A stretch of 64,000 nt of DNA from an uncultured Acidimicrobiia bacterium. GTDB taxonomy: Bacteria; Actinomycetota; Acidimicrobiia; IMCC26256; JAENVU01. Made by a program: the position numbers and the translations under genes. Below the pieces are notes generated by a model that saw only the letters and a list, made by a program, of their open reading frames with translations, ran no database searches and was not told the origin of the DNA. Below, one piece after another: positions 10,000 through 21,043 of the stretch (positions are counted from its first letter, which is position 1; each line of letters opens with the position of its first letter). The stretch spans positions 324,954 to 388,953 of the forward strand of contig CAWKDX010000009.1 in NCBI GenBank assembly GCA_963848485.1, in the 5' to 3' direction.

Positions 10000-10784
10000 A
10001 TGGCGAAGGTAGAGGTATCGACCGCGGACGAGCGCCCGGGCGCCGATGACGCAGAGCGTCTGACGCGGTACACCGGCGCGCCGATCCCGCGGCCCAAGGT
10101 GCAGGGTCATCCGCTGCTGCGGTTCTGGCACTCGGCCGTCGGCAAGAAGTGGGTCATGGCGCTGAGCGGCATCGCGCTGCTGGGCTTCGTGCTCGCCCAC
10201 ATGATCGGGAACCTCAAGATCTACCTGGGCCCGACCCACCTCAACGTCTACGCCGAGTGGCTGCGGACGCTGGGTGAGCCGGCCCTGCCCCGCACCGTCG
10301 TGCTCTGGGTGATGCGGGTCGGCCTGATCGTCGCGTTCGTTGCGCACATCGTCGCGGCCGCGCAGCTGACCCGGATGAACCAGAAGGCCCGGCCGGTCCA
10401 CTACCAGTCGCCGCGCGACTACGTGGCCGCGAACTTCGCGTCGCGCACGATGCGCTGGACGGGTGTGATCGTCGGACTGTTCCTGATCTTCCACCTCGCC
10501 GACCTGACGTGGGGCACGCTCAACCCGCACTTCGTGCGCGGCGACGTCTACGACAACGTGATCGACAGCTTCAACCGCGTGCCCGTGGCGATCATCTACA
10601 TCGTCGCCAACATCGCGCTGGCGATCCACATCTTCCACGGCGCCTGGAGCATGTTCCAGAGCCTCGGTTGGAACAATCCCCGGTTCAATCCGTGGCGCCG
10701 CTCGTTCGCGATCGCCTTCGCAGTGGTGATCGGCATCGGCAACGTGAGCATGCCGTTGCTCGTGGTCACGGGAGTGGTGACGAA

Positions 10785-10788
<4 letters not shown>
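10000..10788 (+). CDS. sdhC: Succinate dehydrogenase / fumarate reductase cytochrome b subunit (b558 family)
   Basis: Intact frame from ATG 10000 (within ORF 9958..10788). Five hydrophobic helices with conserved His (..[12 protein letters not shown].., ..VAFVAHIV.., ..[10 protein letters not shown].., ..[11 protein letters not shown]..). Directly upstream of sdhA, with a GTGA overlap. Confidence 0.9.
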
Positions 10789-12703
<1,915 letters not shown>

Positions 12704-12737
12704 CCGGGCCGCGGCGAGTGACGAGGGAGACGCACGG

Positions 12738-13500
12738 GTGGATCTGAACCTCAAGGTGTGGCGGCAGGCCGGGCCCGACGCCCCCGGCCGCTTCGAGACC
12801 TATGAGATGCGCGACGTCAGCGAGGAGATGTCGTTCCTCGAGCTGTTCGACGTGCTGAACGAGCAGCTCAACGCACGCGGTGAGGAGCCGGTCGCGTTCG
12901 ACCACGACTGCCGCGAGGGCATCTGCGGATCCTGCGCCATGATGATCGACGGCCGGGCCCACGGACCCCAGACCGGTACCGCGACCTGCCAGCTCCACCT
13001 GCGCAAGCTCGAGCACGGGGCCACCGTCACCGTCGAGCCGTGGCGGGCAGCCGGGCTTCCCGCTCATCCGCGACCTCGCGGTGGACCGCAGCGCGTTCGA
13101 CCGCATCATCGAGGCGGGCGGCTACATCACCGCTCCGACGGGCAGCGCGCGCGACGCCAACGAGATCCTCGTGCCGAAGGAGTCCGCCGACGCGGCGATG
13201 GACGCGGCCGCGTGCATCGGCTGCGGTGCCTGCGTGGCCGCGTGCCCGAACAGCGCCGCGCAGCTCTTCACCTCGGCGAAGTACTCACACCTCAGCCTGC
13301 TCCCCCAGGGTCAGCCCGAGCGCTTCACGCGTGTCGTGGCGATGGTGGAGGAGATGGAGCAGTGGTTCGGCTCGTGCACGAACCACGGTGAGTGCGAGGC
13401 GGCGTGCCCGAAGGAGATCTCCATCGACTTCATCGCACTGATGAACCGGGACTACGTGAAGGCCCTGTTCAAGAACCGCTCGCTCGCCGGCCAGACCTGA
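12738..13500 (+). CDS. sdhB: Succinate dehydrogenase / fumarate reductase iron-sulfur subunit, one frameshift near 13057
   Basis: GTG 12738 preceded by [17 protein letters not shown] (2Fe-2S) is in the ORF 12081..13391 frame. [12 protein letters not shown] and [12 protein letters not shown] (4Fe-4S/3Fe-4S) are in the ORF 13081..13500 frame. The junction sits at gccGGGcttccc. Confidence 0.9.
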
Positions 13501-13598
13501 CTTCGAAGATCTCTGGAGGGCGACCGCCGGACCGCGGTCATTCGGCGCCCGCCAGCGGCCTTCGAAGATCTCTGGAGGGCGACCGCCGGACCGCGGTC
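13501..13598. repeat. 39-bp perfect direct repeat (2 copies, 20-bp spacer) filling the sdhB / Cys-rich-gene convergent intergenic region
   Basis: CTTCGAAGATCTCTGGAGGGCGACCGCCGGACCGCGGTC occurs at 13501-13539 and 13560-13598. Copy 1 starts right after the sdhB TGA. Copy 2 ends inside the TAG of the minus-strand gene. Each copy contains palindromes CTTCGAAG and AGATCT and a GACCGC/GCGGTC 6-bp stem. Confidence 0.95.
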
Positions 13599-14413
13599 TA
13601 CGTGCTGACGGGGATGCTGTCGACCCAGGCCTGCGGCCAGGTGATCGGGGCAGCGCCGCCGGTCACGCCCGCGGCGATGATCGCGTTCGCCTCCGCCGGG
13701 TCCCTGATCTTGCGCTTCTCGAGCCAGTTGGTGAGCCAGAGCGTCGCGCTCTGGTCCCCCTTGATGATGCGGAACATCTCTTCGTCAACCACCTTCGGTT
13801 TCGGTACGTCCTGCAAGCAGGGCTTGTTGTGATTCGCAGTCGAGTTGTCCACCGCGAGCGTCGGAGCGCAGTTGCCGGCGACGAGCACGAGCGGCGAGCA
13901 CGACACCACCCGGCACGCGATGCGTCCGACGCTGGCGACCTGCTGGTTGCACTGGCCGTAGCGGAACGCGGTGCAGCCGGCCTTGCGGTTGTTGCAGTCA
14001 CCCTTGGCGCAGCCGCAGCCCCACGGCGCGTTCGAGCAGCTGTCGGGGCAGATGTGGCCCCCGCCGCAGCGGCAGGTCGCGTTGCAGTCGACGTAGTACC
14101 GGGGGCCGTTGCAGTACTGGGAGCCGTCGGCCTTCCACCAGCCACCGGCGATCGTGCCCGGCGGGCAGACGTTGTTGCCGGTCATCGTGCAGCAGAACTC
14201 GGTGAAGCCGTCGCAGCAGAGCGACCCGCACGCGCAGTTCTGGCCGCCGCACGCGCAGAGCGCCTGGTACGCGGAGCCGGGGCGCAGCAGGTAGTCCTTG
14301 GGCACGACCGCGATCGCGCTGCCAACGAGCGCGGTCTTCTGCAGGAAGCTCCGCCGGGTCGGTCCCCGCCCCCCGAGGAGCTTCGCGGCGCGCTCGGCGA
14401 GTCGCTGGCTCAC
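13598..14413 (-). CDS. Tat-signal, cysteine-rich (24 Cys) secreted protein with methylamine-dehydrogenase-light-chain-like segment and an unrelated C-terminal domain
   Basis: Intact 271-aa ORF. Twin-arginine motif TRRSFLQK plus a hydrophobic stretch. The Cys-rich core CCDGFTEFCCTMTGNNVCPPGTIAGGWWKADGSQYCNGPRYYVDCNATC resembles MauA (C..DG..C.C......CPPGT......W....Y..DCC). The GTG start overlaps the MauE-like stop (GTGA). Confidence 0.7.
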   Translation of the reverse strand: MSQRLAERAAKLLGGRGPTRRSFLQKTALVGSAIAVVPKDYLLRPGSAYQALCACGGQNCACGSLCCDGFTEFCCTMTGNNVCPPGTIAGGWWKADGSQYCNGPRYYVDCNATCRCGGGHICPDSCSNAPWGCGCAKGDCNNRKAGCTAFRYGQCNQQVASVGRIACRVVSCSPLVLVAGNCAPTLAVDNSTANHNKPCLQDVPKPKVVDEEMFRIIKGDQSATLWLTNWLEKRKIRDPAEANAIIAAGVTGGAAPITWPQAWVDSIPVST

Positions 14414-14943
14414 TTCGTGGTCCTCGGTCGGTACAAGCTGTTGAGCTGCGGCAGCGCGGTCAGCGCGAGGAAGGCGAGGTACGTGGCCGTCGCCGACCAG
14501 CAGCAGGAACGGGCAGGCCGGCGAGCTCCTGGTCCGAGAGGGTGTTCGCGATTCCGCCGCCGGGGCCGAGCGCTACGGCCGTCGCGCTCACGATCGCGCC
14601 GACGTTGAGGACGACGTGCACGACGCTCGGCGGGGTGTCGACCTTGCCGAAGCAGCCGCACGACCCGATCGGGAGGTGGCGCACGAGCGCGAACACGACG
14701 AACCCGGTGAAGAGCAGGTACGAGGCCGCGACGAGGGCGCGGCGACGGTCCCGCCCGTGGCGATCGCCGCGATGCCGATCAGCGACCTCGAGCCCGCCAC
14801 CGATGCGCACGATCAGCGGCGGAACCGGCAAGCCCGGCCCGGCGGAGCGCGCCGACGGTGTTGACGGGGTCGTACGCCTTGAGCGCGCCGGCCGCGGTGA
14901 GCAGCAGCGCCGCAACGAGGAACGGACCGGCCCAAGCACCCAT
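14410..14943 (-). CDS. MauE/DoxX-family redox-associated membrane protein, about 3-4 frameshifts
   Basis: Hallmark ..LVRHLPIGSCGCFGKVDTPPS.. (ORF 14460..14939 frame). N-terminus MGAWAGPFLVAALLLTAAGALKAYDPVNTVGAL from ATG 14943. C-terminal helix ..WSATATYLAFLALTALPQL..-TGA 14410-14412 in the ORF 14410..14661 frame. Confidence 0.7.
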
Positions 14944-14955
14944 CTCCGGACAAAC

Positions 14956-15463
14956 CTAACCCGCGGTCCGGGGCGTGATCTGGACGGTGGCGAGCACCGA
15001 GTTCACGAGCTCGACGAGCGGAGCTGCGGCCGGACCCGTTGCCGAGCACGACGTAGAGGCAGAAGGCGCGGCCGGCCTCGTGGAAGAACGTCTGGTAGCC
15101 GGCCTGGCCTGAGATGCCCGCGGCGCAGCATGGTCGGGTCGAAGTCGGCCGGCGGCGAGCTGGCGAGGAATGCCCTCGGTCTTGAACAGCGGTTGGCTCG
15201 CGTTCGCCGGCTCGTACTCGAACAGCACGATGAGGACGTCGCGTGTGCCCATGAGCTCGACCGCGCCGCTGCCGAAGTCGCCGCGTTCCTCGGGGAGGGC
15301 GAAGTTGGCGAGGTGCACCACCGGGCTGGGGCACCGCGGTGAAGACCTCGTGGCCGCCGTCCATGCTGAACGCCTCGGGCGCACCGTCGTGCCGGACGCT
15401 GATGCGCCCGTCCCAGCCCGCGGGAAGCGTGCAGCCGAGATCGTGCCGGCGGAGCTTGGCCAC
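14956..15463 (-). CDS. Hypothetical protein of the MauE cluster, about 3 frameshifts
   Basis: Assembled from ORFs 14813..15463, 14956..15384 and 15003..15806: MAKLRRHDLGCTLPAGWDGRISVRHDGAPEAFSMDGGHEVFTAVPQP / VVHLANFALPEERGDFGSGAVELMGTRDVLIVLFEYEPANASQPLFKTEGIPRQLAA / ..ISGQAGYQTFFHEAGRAFCLYVVLGNGSG / ..PLVELVNSVLATVQITPRTAG. GTG 15463 directly follows the upstream TAA. No family recognised. Confidence 0.5.
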
Positions 15464-16247
15464 TTATTCGCGCGGGTCGGTGGTCGGTGACTCGGCGGCC
15501 GGGTACAGGCTCGGGTCGCCGGGATAGGATGCCGGCGGCCATCAGCATCTCGTCGGCGCGCGCCTCGCGGGCACGGTCGTCGAGGTGGCGGCGCTCGGCC
15601 CGGCGGGCCCGTGCGTCCGACGCGGCGCGTGACGCGTTCAGCGCGGCGTCGTCACCCGCCTCGGACATCAACCGGACGACCTGGTCCCAGTCCGGTGCGG
15701 TCCCCTGCCCGATGATCCGACCGCTGTCGCCCTCGACGAACACGAAGTACGGCGACCCCGGGACCTCGTAGTCGTCCCACGAGTCGGACGACATCACGAC
15801 GTTCACCTCGGGCGGCGCCAGCTTCAGCGATCGCCGACTCGCTCTCGGCTTCGCCGCCCATCGTCACGATGACGAGCCGGGCCCCGCCGGGCAGGCGCAG
15901 CTTCGGGTCGGCGAAGGTGTCCCAGAAGTGGCGGCAGGTGATGCAGCCACTCGAGAGGAACGCGAGCAGGGTCGGCTGGCGTCGCGCCGGCCACCCCGAC
16001 GACGACGGAGTCACCGTCCGGGGTGGCGCCGGCAACGTCCGACGCGATCGTCGCGGCCCCGGCGGCGCTGCGGGCGAGCGTCGGCGCCTGCACCGGGGTC
16101 GTGGCTCCGGGCGCGGCGAGCGGGTCCCGACCGATGCCCATGTCGTGGAACGTGCGCAGGATCTCGGCGTGGCTGCGCAGCAATCCGGCCACGAGGAGGG
16201 CCAGGAATGCCAGTACGACTGCCCTCGATCACCACCAGGACCAGCAT
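15464..16247 (-). CDS. Membrane-anchored thioredoxin-like protein (TlpA/ResA/MauD-like, CxxC = CITC), about 4 frameshifts
   Basis: MLVLVVIEG.VVLAFLALLVAGLLRSHAEILRTFHDMG (TM anchor, ORFs 16011..16247 and 15824..16192). ..RRQPTLLAFLSSGCITCRHFWDTFADPKLRLPGGARLVIVTMGGEAESESAIAE (ORF 15652..16035). ..NVVMSSDSWDDYEVPGSPYFVFVEGDSGRIIGQGTA (ORF 15003..15806). End ..YPGDPSLYPAAESPTTDPRE-TAA 15464-15466. Confidence 0.65.
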
Positions 16248-16341
16248 CGGTTCGAGGATACCGACTCCCCGCCGAGGATCTCCGGAGGCCGAGCCGCAGG
16301 ACCGCTGGCGCCCTCCGGCGGGTCGCGCTCGGGCGGCTCCG

Positions 16342-17502
16342 TCAGCCCAGGGCTTGTTGGAGGTCGGCGAGGAGGTCGGGGAGGGACTCGATGCCGACGG
16401 AGAGGCGGACCAGCGCGGGATCGACGGCGAGCGGCGAGCCCTCGGCCGAGGCGTGGGTCATGCGGGCCGGGTGCTCGATGAGGGACTCGACCGCGCCGAG
16501 GGACTCGGCGAGCGTGAACACCCGGGTGCGGGCGACGAGGTCGAGCGCCGCGCGCCTCGCCGCCGGCGGCGAGGAAGCTCACCATGCCGCCGAACGCCCC
16601 GCATCTGTCGGGCCGCGACCTCGTGGCCCGGGTGCGTCGGGAGGCCCGGGTAGAGGACCCGGTCGACCGCGGGATGCGCGTCGAGCATCTCGGCGACCGC
16701 GTGCGCGTTCGCGCAGTGCCGGTCCATGCGGACGCCCAGCGTCTTGATGCCGCGCAGCACGAGGTAGCAGTCGAACGGGCTCGGCACTCCCCCGGCCGCG
16801 TTCTGCAGGAACGCGATGCGCTCGCCCAGCTCGTCGTCCGCGACCGCGACGAACCCGCCGACGACGTCGGAGTGACCGCCGAGGTACTTCGTGGTGGAGT
16901 GCACGACGACGTCGGCGCCGAGCTCGAGCGGGCGTTGGAGGTACGGGGTCGCGAACGTGTTGTCGACGACGAGCACCGCACCCAGCTCGTGCACGACGTC
17001 GGCGACCGCGGCGATGTCGACGATGCCGAGCGCAGGGTTCGTCGGCGTCTCCACCCACACGACCTTCGTGGCTTCGGTCCACACGTCGCGCAGCGCGTCC
17101 GGCGTCGCGAGCGCGGCGGAGCTCCAGCTCACGCCCGTCGCCCCGAGCACCTTCGCCACGAGGCGGAACGTGCCGCCGTACGCGTCGTTCGGAATGACGA
17201 TGTGGTCCCCCGGTCCGAGGAGCGCGCGCAACACGGCATCCTCCGCGGCCAACCCGCTCGCGAACGCGAGGCCGCGTCGTCGCGCCCTCGAGCGACGCGA
17301 GGCACGTCTCGAGCGCGGCGCGGGTCGGGTTGCCGCTGCGCCCGTACTCGAAGCCGCGGTCCTTCCCCACCGCGTCCTGGGCGAACGTCGTGGCCAGCTG
17401 GATCGGGACGACGACCGCGCCGGTCGCCGGATCCGCGTCCTGGCCGGCGTGGATCGCGCGGGTCTCGAACCCGGGTCCTTCTCCGCTCGCGTCGCGGCTC
17501 AC
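16342..17502 (-). CDS. Cystathionine gamma-lyase/gamma-synthase family PLP enzyme, about 2-3 frameshifts
   Basis: [20 protein letters not shown] (ORF 16579..17664 frame). ..[19 protein letters not shown].. with the PLP lysine (ORF 16458..17252). ..QMRGFGGMVSF.. (ORF 16229..16981). End ..[16 protein letters not shown] 16342. GTG 17502 overlaps the cbs stop (GTGA). Confidence 0.8.
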
Positions 17503-18878
17503 TCGGGCGCCTTGGCCGCGAGGAACGCAGAGCAGGTCCGAGCGGCTGAGGACGCCGACCGGATGACCGCCGTCGAGGACGAGCACCGCGGACGCGCGGT
17601 TGAGCCGGTCCACGACCTCGGGGATCGGCTCGCCGATCCCGATCATCGGTATCGCCGGGCTCATGATCTCGCGCCACCGGTCGTTCGAGCACGGACGGGT
17701 CGCGGAACGCGAGGTCCATGAGCGAGAGCTCGTCGAGCGTCCCGCTCACCTCCTTCGCCGCGAGCGGCGGCTCCTTGCTGACGCTGACCACCACCTGCGA
17801 CACCCCGAGCCCCCGCATCAGCGACCACGCGTCGCGCGCCGTCTCGTCGGGGGTGACGAGGACGAGGTCCGGGATCGAGCCGTCCTTGCTCGCGAGCACG
17901 TCGCCCGCGCACGGGTCGTCGCACCGGATGAACCCGAAGTCCATCATCCAGTCCTCGTTGAAGATCTTCGACAGGTAGCCGCGGCCGGAGTCCGGGCAGG
18001 AGCACGACGACGACGCGCCTCCGGTCCGGCCTCGCGGCCGACCACGAGCGCCGCGTGCACGGCCATGCCGCACGAACCGCCGACGAGCAGGCCCTCTTCG
18101 CGCGTCACCCGGCGCGTCATGTCGAAGGCCTCGGCGTCGGTCACCATCACGACGCGGTCCACGAGGCTCGGGTCGTACGTCGTCGGCCAGAAGTCCTCGC
18201 CGACGCCTTCGGTCAGGTACGGCCGGCCGGTGCCACCGGAGTACACCGAGCCTTCGGGGTCGGCGCCGATGATCTGCACGTCGGGGTTCATCCGCTTCAG
18301 GTACCGGGCCACGCCGGTGATCGTCCCGCCGGTGCCGACGCCCGCGACGAAGTGGGTGATGCGCCCGTTCGTCTGCCGCCAGATCTCCGGCCCGGTCGAA
18401 CGCTCGTGCTCCTCCGGGTTGTGCGGGTTGGAGTACTGGTCGGGCCGGAACGCGTTCGGCGTCTCGCGGGTCAGCCGGTCCGCGACGGAGTAGTACGACG
18501 CCGGGATCCTCGGGCGGCACCGCGGTCGGGCACACGACGACTTCGGCGCCGTACGCCCGCAGCAGCGCGACCTTCTCCGTGCTCATCTTGTCCGACATCA
18601 CGAAGATGCAGCTGTAGCCGCGCTGCGCGGCGACGATCGCGAGGCCCACCCCGGTGTTGCCCGACGTGGGCTCGACGATCGTGCCGCCGGGCTTCAGCAT
18701 GCCGTCGCGCTCGGCCGCGTCGATCATCGCGATCGCGGGGCGGTCCTTCACGCTCCCGCCGGGGTTGAACATCTCGAGCTTGGCGATCAGGTCACAGCGT
18801 GAGCTCCGCGCCGACGCGCCGGAGCCGCACCATCGGCGTGTTCCCGACGAGGTCGAGCAGGGAGTCGGCAACTTCCAT
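17499..18878 (-). CDS. cbs: Cystathionine beta-synthase with C-terminal CBS-domain pair, about 5 frameshifts
   Basis: [19 protein letters not shown] (ATG 18878). ..[21 protein letters not shown].. (ORF 17129..18871). ..[29 protein letters not shown] (ORF 17944..18312 and neighbours). CBS pair ..[22 protein letters not shown].. and ..[41 protein letters not shown]. Confidence 0.8.
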
Positions 18879-18937
18879 CGACTCGGCGTCGCTCGTCCGG
18901 GGGCACGGACGCGACGCTAACGCCCCGTGTCTTCCTT

Positions 18938-18987
18938 CCTGGGTCGCTCCGGCCTGCGCACTTCGTGCCCACTCCGGCCTACGCTCC
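18938..18987 (-). repeat. Copy of the ~50-nt intergenic repeat family (reverse orientation on + strand)
   Basis: The reverse complement reads GGAGCGTAGGCCGGAGTGGGCACGAAGTGCGCAGGCCGGAGCGACCCAGG. It shares the core GGGCACGAAGTGCG-N3/4-CCGGAGCGACCC with 9879-9984 and 20970-21017. It lies in the cbs / SRPBCC divergent intergenic region. Confidence 0.8.
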
Positions 18988-18992
18988 TGACC

Positions 18993-19537
18993 GTGCAGAA
19001 CCACGAGTACTCGCTGGATGTGAACGCACCGCCCGAAGAGGTCTGGGAGCTGTTCTGGTACCGCGGTCCGGACCGCCCGCAGGGCAAGATCGGCCGGATC
19101 GACATCCTGCATCCGGGCGACGAGATCGGTGAGGGCCTCGTCCGCCACTGCACGTTCCCGGTGCCGAAGTTCCTGCTGTCCGGCGGCGTCGGGAAGGTCG
19201 TGGGAGTGGCTCACGCAGGTGAAGCCGTACGAGTCGTGGCGCTACGACGCGATCGGCAAGCCGCTGTGGTCGAAGGCGGTCGGCCACACCCGGCTCGAGG
19301 ACCTCGGCGACGGGCGCACGCGCATCCACTTCTCCGAGAGCTACGAGTGCTTCAACCCGTGGATGCGTCGGCGTCGGCCTCGAGAAGTACGTGCACGAGC
19401 AGATCTCGAAGGACAACGACACGATCCTCGCCGCGATCGAGGGCGGCATCCGAAGTGGCACCGCAAGCGCCGCGCCCGCGAGGCCGCCGCTGCGCGAGCA
19501 CCAGTCGGCTCAGCCGGAGTCGCGCGCCGAGGCGTAG
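18993..19537 (+). CDS. SRPBCC (START/polyketide-cyclase-like) family protein, about 2 frameshifts, 3' end uncertain
   Basis: [45 protein letters not shown] (ORF 18927..19739 frame). [55 protein letters not shown] (ORF 19129..19701 frame). Then ..[23 protein letters not shown]. The TAG 19535-19537 end would overlap the xylB 3' end by 28 nt. Confidence 0.55.
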
Positions 19538-20904
19538 GCCGCGCGCACGTCGGTCGCACTCGACGCGTCCGCGATCGGGATCGACGGTCGTCCCCATCCC
19601 GAGCGCCCACGCTTCCTGCACGTCCGCGATCGGGACGCCGGACACCCGCGCCGCCGCCTGCACGCACGCGCCGAGCGCGACGAGCTCGTCCTCGGTGGTG
19701 ACGACAACCGGTCGTTGCGCGAGGTCCGCCAGGATCTGACGGTACGCACCGCTGCGCGCGCCGCCGCCGACGAGGAACAGGCGGCCGTCATCGGTGGCGA
19801 CGCCGCTGGCCCGGAGCGCGTCGAGACCGTCGAGCAGGCCGCAGACCACGCCTTCGAACGCGCTCCGGGCGAGCTGCTCGCGCGCGACGTCCGAGCGCAG
19901 GCCGGAGATGACACCGGTTGCGTCCGGCCGGTTCGGCGTCCGCTCGCCGTCGAGGTAGGGCAGGAACACGACCCCACCCGATCCGGGCGCGGTCGGCCAA
20001 CGCCATCTCGTCGAGCTCCTGGAGGTCGACCCCGAGCAGGTGACTGGTCGCGTCGGTGACCTTGGTCGCGTTCAGAGTGCAGACGAGTGGGAGGTAGCGA
20101 CCGGTCGCGTCGGCGAAGCCGCACACCGCGCCGCTCGCGTCCGCCGTCGGCGTGTCGCTCACCGCGAACACGGTGCCGGACGTGCCGAGCGAGATCGCGA
20201 CGTCGCCGGGCTGCAACCCGAGCCCGAGTGCGGCCGCCATGTTGTCGCCGGTGCCCAGCGCGGCCTCGGGCGCGAGCACCGGCGGGAGCACCGACGGCCC
20301 AGTCGACGTCGCGGTCCACGATCTCGAGCAGGTCGAGCCGGTACTTGCCGGTCGCGGCCGACCAGTAGCCGGTGCCCGACGCGTCGCCCCGATCCGTGCC
20401 GAGCTCACCGGTGAGCTGCCACGCGAGCCAGTCGTGCGGGAGCATGACGTGCGCGATGCGATCGAAGAGCTCGGGCTCGGTGCGGTGGAGCCAGGAGAGC
20501 TTCGTGATCGTGAACGCCGCGACCGGGACCGAACCGCAGGCCTCGGCCCACCCCGTGGTGCCGGCCGCGAGCTGACCGATCAACCAGCCCGCGTCCGCCG
20601 CGGACTCGGTGTCGTTCCAGAGCTTCGCCGGCCGCAGCACCTCGCCCGCGCCGTCGAGCACCACGAGCCCGTGCTGCTGCGCGGCGACGGACACCCCCGC
20701 GATGTCACCCGCCAGGTCGTGACCCGCCTCGGCCCGCGCCGACTCCAGGGCCCGCCACCACATCGCAGGGTCCTGCTCGGAGCACGGCGGCGCGGTCGGC
20801 GAGTGCGGCGCCCAGCCGTGACCGACGAGGCGACCCGAGTCTGCGTCGCGGACCTCGACCTTGGTCGACTGCGTCGAAGAGTCGATCCCCGCGATGAGTG
20901 GCAT
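19510..20904 (-). CDS. xylB: Xylulokinase (FGGY carbohydrate kinase), about 4 frameshifts
   Basis: [34 protein letters not shown] (ORF 19510..20904 frame). ..[32 protein letters not shown] (ORF 19788..20408). ..[34 protein letters not shown] (ORF 19352..19969). Adjacent to xylA. Confidence 0.8.
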   Translation of the reverse strand: MPLIAGIDSSTQSTKVEVRDADSGRLVGHGWAPHSPTAPPCSEQDPAMWWRALESARAEAGHDLAGDIAGVSVAAQQHGLVVLDGAGEVLRPAKLWNDTESAADAGWLIGQLAAGTTGWAEACGSVPVAAFTITKLSWLHRTEPELFDRIAHVMLPHDWLAWQLTGELGTDRGDASGTGYWSAATGKYRLDLLEIVDRDVDWAVGAPAGARARGRAGHRRQHGGRTRARVAARRRRDLARHVRHRVRGERHADGGRERRGVRLRRRDRSLPPTRLHSERDQGHRRDQSPARGRPPGARRDGVGRPRPDRVGSCSCPTSTASGRRTGRTQPVSSPACARTSRASSSPGARSKAWSAACSTVSTRSGPAASPPMTAACSSSAAARAAVRTVRSWRTSRNDRLSSPPRTSSSRSARACRRRRGCPASRSRTCRKRGRSGWGRPSIPIADASSATDVRAAYASARDSG

Positions 20905-20969
20905 CCGCTGACACTAGGCAGCACCGACCCAGGGCGCGGGAGCGAAGGCGGGAGCGAGCACGGAGGCGG

Positions 20970-21017
20970 AGCGCAGGCGGGAGCGGGCACGAAGTGCGAT
21001 GCCGGAGCGACCCGGAG
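20970..21017 (+). repeat. Copy of the ~50-nt intergenic repeat family between xylA and xylB
   Basis: AGCGCAGGCGGGAGCGGGCACGAAGTGCGATGCCGGAGCGACCCGGAG is about 85% identical to the 9879-9984 unit. It is embedded in a GGAGCG-rich stretch (20935-21040). Confidence 0.8.
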
Positions 21018-21043
21018 TAGCGAACGCAGCAGCGACTCGGGAA

